Shown here: in pieces, positions 9,350-19,368 of the stretch
Position numbering within the stretch: position 1 is the stretch's first letter
Layout of the letters: each line of letters starts with the position of its first letter
Assembly: GCA_944386705.1 (NCBI GenBank)
Contig: CALXCC010000002.1
Location: 1-40,420, forward strand
Length of the DNA: 40,420 nt
Direction of reading: 5' to 3'
Source of the DNA: an uncultured Clostridia bacterium
GTDB lineage: Bacteria > Bacillota > Clostridia > TANB77 > CAG-508
The notes under the pieces: model-generated
Database searches by the model: none
What the model was told of the DNA's origin: nothing
Seen by the model: the letters and a program-made list of their open reading frames with translations, nothing else
Program-made: the position numbers and the translations under genes

Positions 9350-10369
9350 CTAAAATTGTTTTAAAAATCTAACATCATTTTCAAATAATAGTCTCATATC
9401 TTCAATTCCGAATTTTGCCATTGCGATTCTTTCAACTCCGAATCCAAAGGCAAATCCTGAATATTCTTCTGGATCAATTCCACAATTTTTTAATACATTA
9501 GGATGTACCATTCCACATCCTAGAAGTTCAATCCAGCCTTCTCCTTTACAAACCTTACATCCTTTTCCGCCACATACAAAGCAAGATACGTCTGCTTCTG
9601 CACTTGGCTCTGTAAATGGGAAATGATGTGGTCTAAATCTTATTTTTGTATTTTCTCCTAAACATTTTTTAGCAAACATTTCTAATGTTCCTTTTAAATC
9701 TGTCATAGAAATGTTTTTGTCTATTACTAATCCTTCTATTTGATGGAATACTGGAGAATGTGTTGCATCTACACTATCTGAACGATAAACTGCTCCCGGA
9801 CAAATAATTTTTATTGGTGGTTTTTTTTCTTCCATTACTCTTGCTTGAACTGATGAAGTTTGACTTCTTAATATGATGTTATCTGTAATATAGAATGTAT
9901 CTTGTATGTCCCTTGCTGGATGGTCTGGTGGTGTGTTTAATTTATCAAAATTATAAATTGCCTTTTCTACTTCTGGACCATCTGCAATTTCATATCCCAT
10001 TCCTAAAAAAGTTTCTTCTACTTCTTGGATTACTTGTGTAATTGGATGTAAAGAACCTAAATTTATCTTTTTGCTTGGTTCTGTTATATCTATATTTTCT
10101 GTTTCTAATTTTCTTTGTAATTCTTCTTTTTTAAATTTTACTTCTTTTTCTTCTACTAAGTTATTTATTTCATCTCTTACTTTGTTTACTAAACTTCCAA
10201 TAATTGGTCTTTCTTCTGGAGTTAGCGCTCCCATTCCTCTTAATAAAAGTGTTAATTCGCCTTTTTTACCTAAGTATTTTACTTTTAAGTCATTTAATTC
10301 TTTTTGATTTTTGCATTCTTCTATTTCTTTAATAGATGTTTCTTTAATTTTTGCAATTTTTTCTTTCAT
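9350..10369 (-). CDS. pheS: phenylalanine--tRNA ligase alpha subunit
   Basis: MKEKIAKIKE...LKVKYLGKKGEL...HP...FRPHHFPFTEPSAE...GFAFGFGVERIAM. ATG at 10369 follows a GGGAGAAG RBS. Confidence 0.93.
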   Translation of the reverse strand: MKEKIAKIKETSIKEIEECKNQKELNDLKVKYLGKKGELTLLLRGMGALTPEERPIIGSLVNKVRDEINNLVEEKEVKFKKEELQRKLETENIDITEPSKKINLGSLHPITQVIQEVEETFLGMGYEIADGPEVEKAIYNFDKLNTPPDHPARDIQDTFYITDNIILRSQTSSVQARVMEEKKPPIKIICPGAVYRSDSVDATHSPVFHQIEGLVIDKNISMTDLKGTLEMFAKKCLGENTKIRFRPHHFPFTEPSAEADVSCFVCGGKGCKVCKGEGWIELLGCGMVHPNVLKNCGIDPEEYSGFAFGFGVERIAMAKFGIEDMRLLFENDVRFLKQF

Positions 10370-10431
10370 ATTTTTTCTTCTCCCTTTCATTAGACATTTT
10401 GTGGATATTTCTCCACTAAGTATTTTTTATT

Positions 10432-10872
10432 TTAATATGGTCTATACGTTTTTGTTTCTTTGTATTTTCCATATTGAGTACCTGTGTATTTTTGCATTCT
10501 TTTTTGTACTTTTTCTTTTTGCCTTTCTTCTCTCGTTTTTTTTGTTCTTTCTTCTTTTAACTGCTTTTGATTATTTTTCTTTTTTATGGATTTTAAATTT
10601 CTGGGTTGTGTTTTATATTTTTGCTCTTGTAATAATAGCATTTGTTTTTTATTTTTTCTTTGTTTTATTTTTATTACAAATTTTTGTAATAAATTCTCTT
10701 TATTTTTAAAATAGTATGTAACCACATAAACTCCAAATTCATTTAGAGAAATATTTACATTTACTATTTTTCTTTCAAATTCTTTTTTTGTTTTTGAAAT
10801 AGCTTCTTCAATTTCTTGATTACTATAAGTTCTAGAATCAAAATAGTTTTCTAATACTTTTTGATTTTTCAT
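10432..10872 (-). CDS. hypothetical Lys-rich basic protein, first ORF behind the Phe T-box
   Basis: ORF 10432..10881; ATG at 10872 follows AAGGA. An N-terminal part of about 70 aa with ordinary composition is followed by a K/R/E/Q-rich tail. I recognise no family. Confidence 0.45.
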   Translation of the reverse strand: MKNQKVLENYFDSRTYSNQEIEEAISKTKKEFERKIVNVNISLNEFGVYVVTYYFKNKENLLQKFVIKIKQRKNKKQMLLLQEQKYKTQPRNLKSIKKKNNQKQLKEERTKKTREERQKEKVQKRMQKYTGTQYGKYKETKTYRPY

Positions 10873-10930
10873 TTTTAACACATCCTTATTAAATTTTATT
10901 TAAAATTTAATCATTTGTTTAATAATACAA

Positions 10931-11150
10931 CAAAAAACCACTTCGCCTCTCTTTTTAGGACGAAATGGTTATATTTTTTCGTGGTACCACCTAAATTTAT
11001 TAGTTTTGTTACTAACCTCATTAAAGTTTTAACGGTGCAACCGCTTTTTTCTACTTTTTTACATTTCAAAAAAAGACCTAAAAAGTGAAATTTCTATATA
11101 TCTATGCTAAAATAGTTTTCAGCCTAAGACTATTTTTCTCTTTTGCATTT
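10931..11150 (-). promoter_or_regulatory. T-box riboswitch leader, Phe (UUC) specifier, with terminator
   Basis: The minus strand shows four T-box elements. AGAGA sits at the stem I base. GAAAU-UUC-A is a specifier-loop candidate (UUC at 11089-11087, followed by a purine). The T-box sequence is AAUUUAGGUGGUACCACG (about 10980-10997). The terminator is AACCAUUUCGUC...GGCGAAGUGGUU plus U6 (10931-10970). Confidence 0.8.
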
Positions 11151-11478
11151 TTTAATATATATACTTTGCTTTTTAATTGGTTCAATTTATTTTGTTATTT
11201 TGTTTTATTTTTCTCACTTTTTTAGTATACCATAATTTTCCTTGTAATTCAAGTGTTTTAGAAAGATTTTATAAAATTACTAATAATCTAGAAGTAAGAA
11301 GATATTTTACAATTTCATTACATTTTTGAATTTTTAATATATTTACTTGTATATTTTTTAGTTTATGTTAGAATATAAAAGAGACGTTTCCTTTTGAATA
11401 TTTTATTTATTTAATAACACATCTTCTAGAATATTATTTAAGAAGTGTCTCTAAATTGCTTATAAGGAGAGGATTTTT

Positions 11479-12825
11479 ATGAAGAAAAAGATCGTTTTAG
11501 GATTACTTTTGATTTTAATTCTTGTTGCAAATGTCTCTTTTGCTTCTTACAGTACTGTTACAATGGAAGTAGTTGAAGAACCTATTTGCACGATAGAATT
11601 GGGAGAAAATTCGAAATTCGAAAAAAAATTAATTGAAAAAAATTTAATAAACAAAGAAGTTACTTTACAATTACAAGTGACAAATGGCGAAGAAGCCATA
11701 AAGCCAACTGGTGAAATTATGCTAGTTTTAGATAATTCAGATAGTATGAATACAGATGTTACAGAAGGTCAAACTAGAAAAGATTTGATTTTTAATTCTG
11801 CCAAAACTTTAGTTTCTAATCTTTTAAAAGATAATGACAATTTAAAAGTTGGAATTGTTAGCTTTTCTAGTAATGTAGATACTGGAAAGGAAGCAACTTT
11901 AGAAGATGCTAATGTTGTTTCTCAATTAAGTGCTGATGCTTCTGCTTTAAATAATGCAATTTCTACAATTGAAGCAAACGGCCCTAGAACTGACTTAGAT
12001 GCTGGTATTACTTTAGCAAGTCAGCAATTCACAAAAACTGATAATAATAAATATATGATTATTTTAACAGACGGTGTGCCAAATCTTGCAATTGATTATG
12101 ATGGAACTTATTATTCTGATGATGTTATTAATAAAACAAAATCTAAATTAACAAATTTAGATGCTTCTGGAATTGATATTACTACTATGTTAACAGGTAT
12201 CGATAATGAAGATTATCTACCTCCATCTGTTTCAAAAAATTATGGACAGATTATTAAAGAAATTTTTGGAACATCAGAAAATCCAACTGTTGGAAACTTC
12301 TATTATGTAACTGATGATAAAATTGAAGAAACTATTACAGATGATATTTATAATTCTTTATTACCTATAACTCGTGCTTATAAAGATATTACTATTGTAG
12401 ATTATTTTCCTCAAGAAATTATCGACAATTTTGAATTTGCTTATGTTTCAGAAGCAAATATCGGAAACATATCATCAGTAGTAGATACAACAAATAATTC
12501 AATTACTTGGACAATTCCTAGTCTTGCTAACGGAGAAACAGCAACAGTCCAATATAAGCTAAAATTAAAAGAAGATTTCTCTACTGAAATTGTTGATAAG
12601 ATTTTAGATACTAATGAAAAAGTTGATATTACTTATAAAGATTTTGATAATGTAGAACAATCTAAAACATCTAATATTACTCCAAAGTTAAAGCTTACAG
12701 AACCACCTGCAACTTTACCTAAAGCTGGTATGACAACAATTTTCATTATACTTTCTATAGTTGCATCTGGATTATTTGTATTTTCATTAGTTAAATTATC
12801 TTTTCTTAACAAAAATATAAAATAA
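11479..12825 (+). CDS. von Willebrand factor A domain surface protein with an LPxTG-like (LPKAG) sorting signal
   Basis: A signal peptide is followed by the MIDAS motif LVLDNSDSM, then GPRTDLDAG and IILTDGVPN. The C-terminal fold region reads TWTIP.LANGETATVQYKLKLKE. The protein ends with LPKAG (12715-12729), a hydrophobic stretch and a basic tail. Confidence 0.85.
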   Translation: MKKKIVLGLLLILILVANVSFASYSTVTMEVVEEPICTIELGENSKFEKKLIEKNLINKEVTLQLQVTNGEEAIKPTGEIMLVLDNSDSMNTDVTEGQTRKDLIFNSAKTLVSNLLKDNDNLKVGIVSFSSNVDTGKEATLEDANVVSQLSADASALNNAISTIEANGPRTDLDAGITLASQQFTKTDNNKYMIILTDGVPNLAIDYDGTYYSDDVINKTKSKLTNLDASGIDITTMLTGIDNEDYLPPSVSKNYGQIIKEIFGTSENPTVGNFYYVTDDKIEETITDDIYNSLLPITRAYKDITIVDYFPQEIIDNFEFAYVSEANIGNISSVVDTTNNSITWTIPSLANGETATVQYKLKLKEDFSTEIVDKILDTNEKVDITYKDFDNVEQSKTSNITPKLKLTEPPATLPKAGMTTIFIILSIVASGLFVFSLVKLSFLNKNIK

Positions 12826-12859
12826 TACCTTTAAATTATTTAAAATAGCAAATATAAAA

Positions 12860-12921
12860 TTCCCTTCATTTTATATTATCTTTATGTATCGAATCATATT
12901 GATTTTAAATTATGAAGGGAA
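12860..12921. terminator. inverted repeat between convergent genes (possible bidirectional terminator)
   Basis: TTCCCTTCAT (12860-12869) pairs with ATGAAGGGAA (12912-12921). The loop is long (42 nt), and T-rich sequence follows on the plus strand. Confidence 0.35.
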
Positions 12922-12938
12922 CTTTTGTATTTTGTTAT

Positions 12939-14261
<1,323 letters not shown>

Positions 14262-14358
14262 TCAAAAAGATTTTTTAGAAAGGTTTTTATTTATAAGAAA
14301 AAACGCCTTTACTCTGACGTTTTTTCTTATGTTTTTGTTTTTGTATTATTATGTTTTC

Positions 14359-15982
14359 TTATGCTCTACATCTTAATTCTGTTGCATATTTTAATGTTAC
14401 CTCATTTACTTCTCCTGAAGATATTCTTGCTATTTCTCTAATTACTTCATTTTCTTCTAATAATCGTATCTCTGTTTTTGTTCTATCTTTTTTTATTTTT
14501 TTGCTGATAAAATAATTGTAATCTGCAGCTGCTGCTATGTTTGGTAAATGTGATATACATATTACTTGATGTTTATTAGAAATTACTTTTAGTTTTTTTG
14601 CTACACTATTTGCTGCTTTTCCACTAATTCCTGTGTCTATCTCGTCAAATACTAATACTGGCATTTGATCTGAATCTGCTAGAACTTTTTTTATTGCTAA
14701 CATAATTCTTGACATCTCGCCTCCTGATGCTATTTTAGACAGTTCTTTTTCTTCTTCTCCTACATTTGTACTAATATAAAATGTTACTATATCTTTTCCC
14801 GTTTTTAAATATTCTTCTATATATTCTATGTTTATATTTATTTTGGCATTCTTCATCTCTAGTTCTTCTAATTCTTGATTAATGCTAGAAATTAATTCTT
14901 TTGTACTTGTTTTTCTTATTTTATGCATTTTTATTGCTAAATTGTCCATTTCTTTTTCTATTTTTACTTTTTTTTGTTTTAGTTCTTGATTTATTGTTTC
15001 TAAATTTTCTATTTTTGCTATTTCGCTTATTATTTCTTCTTTATACTTTAATATTTCTTCGATGGTATTTCCATATTTTCTTTTTAGTGTATGAATTAAA
15101 CTTAATCTTTCTTCTATATAGTTCCTTTCTTCTTCATCAAAATAAGTATCTTCTTTATAACTATTAATGTCTCTTGAAATTTCTTGTAATTCATAATATA
15201 TGTTTTTTAGATTGTTACATATTTTTTCGTATTTTTCATCTATATTTTCTATTTTTTCAAAAGCTCTTATTGCTATACTTATACTGTCAATCCCACCTTC
15301 TTCTATTAATTTTTCTGATTGTCCGTAAATTTTCTACTATTTTTTCCGAGTTCATTATTACTTTTCTTTTTTCTTCTAGTTCTTCATCTTCTTTTATTTT
15401 TAGTTTTGCTTCTTCTATTTCACGAAGTTGATATCCCAACAGATCTAATCTTCTTTGTTTTTCCTTTTCGTCTCCTAGATTTGCTTTTAATTCTTGTTTT
15501 ATTTTTTTATATTCTTCGTAATATTTTTCATATTCTTCTTTTAAATTCTTTATTTTTTCTCCACTAAATCCATCCAAATATGTTAAGTGTTTTTTATTGT
15601 CTAATAAATTTTGGTTTTCATTTTGTCCATGTATTTCTATAATATTTTTCATAAATTCTTTTAGTTCATTTACTGTTGTCATCCTTCCATTTATTTTACA
15701 CATATTTTTTCCATTTAAATTTATCTCACGGGAGATTATAATATTTCCTTCTTCTGCTTCTGGTATTTCTGGAGCATATATGCATAATTCTACAAAGGAA
15801 TTTTTTTCTCCTTTTCTTATCATTTCTTTTGAAAATCTTCCACCTGATATTATTTGTAATGAGTCTATTATTAAGGTTTTTCCTGCTCCAGTTTCTCCTG
15901 TTAAAACATTTAATCCTTTATTTAAATCTATACTTAAATCTTCAATAATTCCTATGTTTTTTATGTGTAGTGTTGCTATCAC
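14359..15982 (-). CDS. recN: DNA repair protein RecN, interrupted; needs a +1 shift at CGG 15325-15323
   Basis: GTG start at 15982. The N-terminal part carries Walker A (LTGETGAGKT). The frame of ORF 14359..14949 is open upstream to the junction; it simply has no ATG there. The C-terminal part has SGGE.SR and VLVFDEIDTGISG. Confidence 0.9.
15323..15325 (-). other. in-frame CGG at the +1 frame junction (recN)
   Basis: Sense reads GAA AAU UUA CGG ACA A. Skipping C15325 gives GGA CAA UCA GAA AAA = GQSEK, continuing ...LIEEGGIDSISIAIRAFEKIENIDEKYEK... uninterrupted into MDNLAIKMHK. Confidence 0.85.
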
Positions 15983-16145
15983 ACTTATCCCTCCCGTTTT
16001 TTTATATTAGAACAAACTAAAAAAATGTTCGCCTTAATTGTATCTTCAATTTTTTAAGTTGTCAATACTTTTTACGAACATTTTTTCTTTTTTCGTTTTT
16101 TGTTTATTTTTTATTTGTTATCTTATATGATTTTATATTGCTTTG

Positions 16146-17309
16146 TTACACAAATTCTTCCCAAACTAAATTTGCTAAATCTAATCCTCTATTTGTCAAT
16201 TTTATTTTATCTCCATCTATTGTAAGTAATTCTTCTTCTACTAATTTTTCTAATTCTTTTCTAAATAGAAAAATTGGATTTTCTACATATTTTTCTTTGA
16301 ATTTTTGTATAGACACTCCTTCTATTTTTCTTAATGATAAAAGCATATATTCTTTTTGCTTTTCTTCTATGGTTTGAATTTCTTCTATTATCCTAATTCC
16401 TTTTTTTTCCGCTTCTTTATAGTTTTTCCAATTAAAATTAATATATTTTTGTAAGTCATTTGTATTACCATATCTAATATTATTAAAATATGAATGTGCA
16501 GATACTCCAACACCTATGTATTCTTTTTGTTCCCAACAATTTATATTATGTTTAGATTCTTTTCCTTTTCTAGCAAAATTTGATATTTCATAATGAATAT
16601 ATCCGTTTAATTCTAAGGTGTTTTTTACATACCAATACATATTTCTTTCTAGTTCTTCTTCTGGCAGTTCCATTTTACCATTACTTATCATTTTTTCAAT
16701 TTTTGTACCTTCTTCTACTATTAAAGAATATACACTTATATGTGCTGGCTTCAAATTTATTACAAAATCTAAATCTTCTTTTATTTCTTCAATTGTTTGT
16801 TCTGGAAGACCAATCATTAAATCTACATTCTTATTTTTGAACCCAATTTCTTCAGCCATATTGTATGTATCAATGAATTCTTGTCTTGTATGTATTCTTC
16901 CTATTTGTTTTAACCTATTGTCATTGCTACTTTGTAGTCCTATACTTAAACGGTTAATTCCTACTTTTTTATAATCACTTAAAGCTTCATATGTTGCTGT
17001 TCCTGGATTTACTTCTATTGTTATCTCTATTTCTTCCCATTTTGTCTTATTTTTATTTAATTTTTGTTTTAGCTTTTCTAGAATTTTTACTATATCTTTA
17101 CTCGGAACAAAAGATGGAGTTCCTCCACCTATATAAATTGTAGTTACATTTTCTTTTGAAAAATCATATGTGTCTATTTCTTTTTCTAAAGTTTCTATAT
17201 ATTCTGGAATTATATCGCATTTGTTTGCAAAAGATATAAAGTCACAATAGTAACATTTTTGTTTGCAAAATGGTATATGTACATAAATTCCTAATTCTTT
17301 GTTATTCAT
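16146..17309 (-). CDS. hemW: radical SAM heme chaperone HemW (HemN-like, oxygen-independent coproporphyrinogen oxidase family)
   Basis: LGIYVHIPFCKQKCYYCDF contains the CxxxCxxC motif. It is followed by GGGTPS and a HemN C-terminal domain. Length is 387 aa. Confidence 0.85.
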   Translation of the reverse strand: MNNKELGIYVHIPFCKQKCYYCDFISFANKCDIIPEYIETLEKEIDTYDFSKENVTTIYIGGGTPSFVPSKDIVKILEKLKQKLNKNKTKWEEIEITIEVNPGTATYEALSDYKKVGINRLSIGLQSSNDNRLKQIGRIHTRQEFIDTYNMAEEIGFKNKNVDLMIGLPEQTIEEIKEDLDFVINLKPAHISVYSLIVEEGTKIEKMISNGKMELPEEELERNMYWYVKNTLELNGYIHYEISNFARKGKESKHNINCWEQKEYIGVGVSAHSYFNNIRYGNTNDLQKYINFNWKNYKEAEKKGIRIIEEIQTIEEKQKEYMLLSLRKIEGVSIQKFKEKYVENPIFLFRKELEKLVEEELLTIDGDKIKLTNRGLDLANLVWEEFV

Positions 17310-18237
17310 TTGCTATCTCCATTATCTTTTTTAATCTATAATTTACTCCTGATTTTCCTACTGGTTTTTTTAACATTTTTCCTAAGTCCACAAGTGACAT
17401 TTCTGGATTTTCTAATCTTAATATTGCAATTTCTTTTAGGTTTTCGTCTAACTTGCTAAATCTTCCTGTTTCTTGTAATTTTTTTATTGCCGAGATTTGC
17501 TCAATTGATGCATTAATTGTTTTATTTAAATTAGCAGTTTCACAATTAACTAATCTATTTACTTTTCCTCTCATTTCTCTTTTAATTCTAATTTCTTCAA
17601 ATTGCATAACCGCTTTGTTTGCTCCAATTAGTGCTAATATTTTTGAAATTTCTTCTCCTTCTTTTAGATAAATAGATTTTTTGTTTTTTATATCTATTAT
17701 TTTTACATTTACTCCAAAGTCTTCTAATAGTTTTTTTATGAAATTTCTATTATTTTCACTATGGAAAACTATTTCTAGGTGATATGTGTTTTCTGGATTA
17801 TTTATTGATCCAGATCCCATAAAACTTCCTCTTATTATAGCTTTTTTATTTTCTTCTTTTCCTTGTTTAGCTTCTTGTGCTAAAATATCATTTTTTAGCT
17901 CTTCATTTATGGTTATTTCACTCGTTTTCTCTTTGTTTACATTAGTTATATTAATAACAGTTTCTATTAAATCTTCTATTTCTTTTATTTTTAGTTTTAC
18001 TATAAAGTTTTTTCCTGCAACTTCTATTTTATGATTTTTATTCAAGTTTGTTAATAACTTTGAGAAACGGTTTATATTATAATCACTTTCTGTTGTGAAC
18101 TTAATTATTTTATTATTGTTTTGTAATTCGATATTTCCTGAAAGTAAATATCCTACTAATTCATATTTTACTTTTGTTTTATTTGCTAAATCACTTGATT
18201 TATTTAGTTCTTGTTTTATATCTGAGGAAAAAGACAT
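17302..18237 (-). CDS. whiA: DNA-binding protein WhiA
   Basis: MSFSSDIKQEL... opens a LAGLIDADG-like middle domain. The C-terminal HTH region reads NLNKTINAS..Q...I.........L...L.EIA.LRLENPEMSL.DLG. Length is 311 aa. Confidence 0.85.
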   Translation of the reverse strand: MSFSSDIKQELNKSSDLANKTKVKYELVGYLLSGNIELQNNNKIIKFTTESDYNINRFSKLLTNLNKNHKIEVAGKNFIVKLKIKEIEDLIETVINITNVNKEKTSEITINEELKNDILAQEAKQGKEENKKAIIRGSFMGSGSINNPENTYHLEIVFHSENNRNFIKKLLEDFGVNVKIIDIKNKKSIYLKEGEEISKILALIGANKAVMQFEEIRIKREMRGKVNRLVNCETANLNKTINASIEQISAIKKLQETGRFSKLDENLKEIAILRLENPEMSLVDLGKMLKKPVGKSGVNYRLKKIMEIANE

Positions 18238-18311
18238 AATATTTTCTCCTTTCCTAGTTTATATCCATTCTATAATTTATAATTTTTCATTACATTTCCT
18301 TATCTTTTCTT

Positions 18312-19157
18312 TTATATTAGTTTAGTAATAACTATTCTATCATTTCCATATAAATCTTTTTTTGAATAAGTATCTATATATTTTTCTTCATTTTCAATTA
18401 ACTCTATAACATCTATTTTCTGATCATAGCCTATTTCTAAACATAAATATCCTTTAAATTTCAAATATTCATCTGCACTATGAATTATTTTTCTATAAAA
18501 ATTCAGACCATCATATCCACCATCTAACGCAATATAAGGTTCTTTTTTTACCTCTCTATCCAAATTATTTATCTCTTCTTTTCTTATATATGGGGGATTA
18601 GATACAATAATATCGTATTTTTCTTTTGGTATTTCTTGAAACAAATCTGATTTTATAAATGTAATTTTATTTTCAACTTCATTATTCTTTGCATTTAATT
18701 TAGCAACACTCAAAGCTTTTTCACTAATATCTGTTGCTGTTATATCGCTATCTTCTATATATTTTGCCAAAGATACTGCAATTGCTCCGCTTCCTGTACA
18801 TAAATCTAATATTTTTCTAGCCCCTATTTTCTTTGCAATAGCTATTACTTCTTCTACCAATATCTCTGTATCTGGCCTTGGAATTAACACGTCCTGGCTA
18901 ACAAAAAAATTAAGTTTCATAAATTCCTGCATATTTGTAATATGTTGTAAAGGAATTCCTTGTATCAATTTTTTTATTGCTTTAAAATAATTTACTTCTT
19001 GTCTTAATGTAAGCATATCAGTATCGTGTACTAATAAGTATTGCCTTGGTTTATTTAAAATATGTTGCATTAAAAGTCTTGCTTTTAAGTTTGGCTCTTG
19101 TATTCCATTTACCTTTAATTCTATCATACCTTTTCTTATCACATCTTTAATTTGCAT
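18312..19157 (-). CDS. prmC: release factor glutamine N5-methyltransferase PrmC
   Basis: ILDLCTGSGAIAVSLA is the SAM-binding motif and IVSNPPYI carries NPPY. Length is 281 aa. Confidence 0.88.
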   Translation of the reverse strand: MQIKDVIRKGMIELKVNGIQEPNLKARLLMQHILNKPRQYLLVHDTDMLTLRQEVNYFKAIKKLIQGIPLQHITNMQEFMKLNFFVSQDVLIPRPDTEILVEEVIAIAKKIGARKILDLCTGSGAIAVSLAKYIEDSDITATDISEKALSVAKLNAKNNEVENKITFIKSDLFQEIPKEKYDIIVSNPPYIRKEEINNLDREVKKEPYIALDGGYDGLNFYRKIIHSADEYLKFKGYLCLEIGYDQKIDVIELIENEEKYIDTYSKKDLYGNDRIVITKLI

Positions 19158-19191
19158 CTTTCCACCTCCTTTAGTTAGTTTGGTCAGTTTG

Positions 19192-19244
19192 GGGACAGGT
19201 ACCGTTTAGCCATTTTTGGATATTTCTGGGACAGGTATCGTTTA
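19192..19244. repeat. two 17-nt direct repeats GGGACAGGTA(C/T)CGTTTA upstream of prmC
   Basis: Copy 1 is 19192-19208 (gggacaggtaccgttta) and copy 2 is 19228-19244 (gggacaggtatcgttta). They differ at one position and are 36 nt apart, start to start. Both lie 35-90 nt upstream of the prmC ATG and are GC-rich relative to the surrounding sequence. Confidence 0.8.
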
Positions 19245-19368
19245 CCGTTATTATTCTCACACATTATATCACAAAATTAAAAATTACTCCATACATATTT
19301 GTATAGAGTAATTAACAATTATTAGATTGTTGATTGATGTCTAAATAAAAAATATCCTCATTTAACCA

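Noticed and set aside
11380-11460. An imperfect inverted repeat (ACACATCTTCT...AAGAAGTGTCT) in the 5' region of the VWA gene, considered as a possible regulatory hairpin.
   Set aside because: Pairing needs bulges and mismatches. This is not distinguishable from chance in AT-rich sequence.
14950-15286. An apparent gap between the two recN ORFs that suggests two or more frameshifts or a deletion.
   Set aside because: Hand translation shows the downstream frame is open through the whole gap. It simply lacks an ATG, so a single junction at 15325-15323 suffices.
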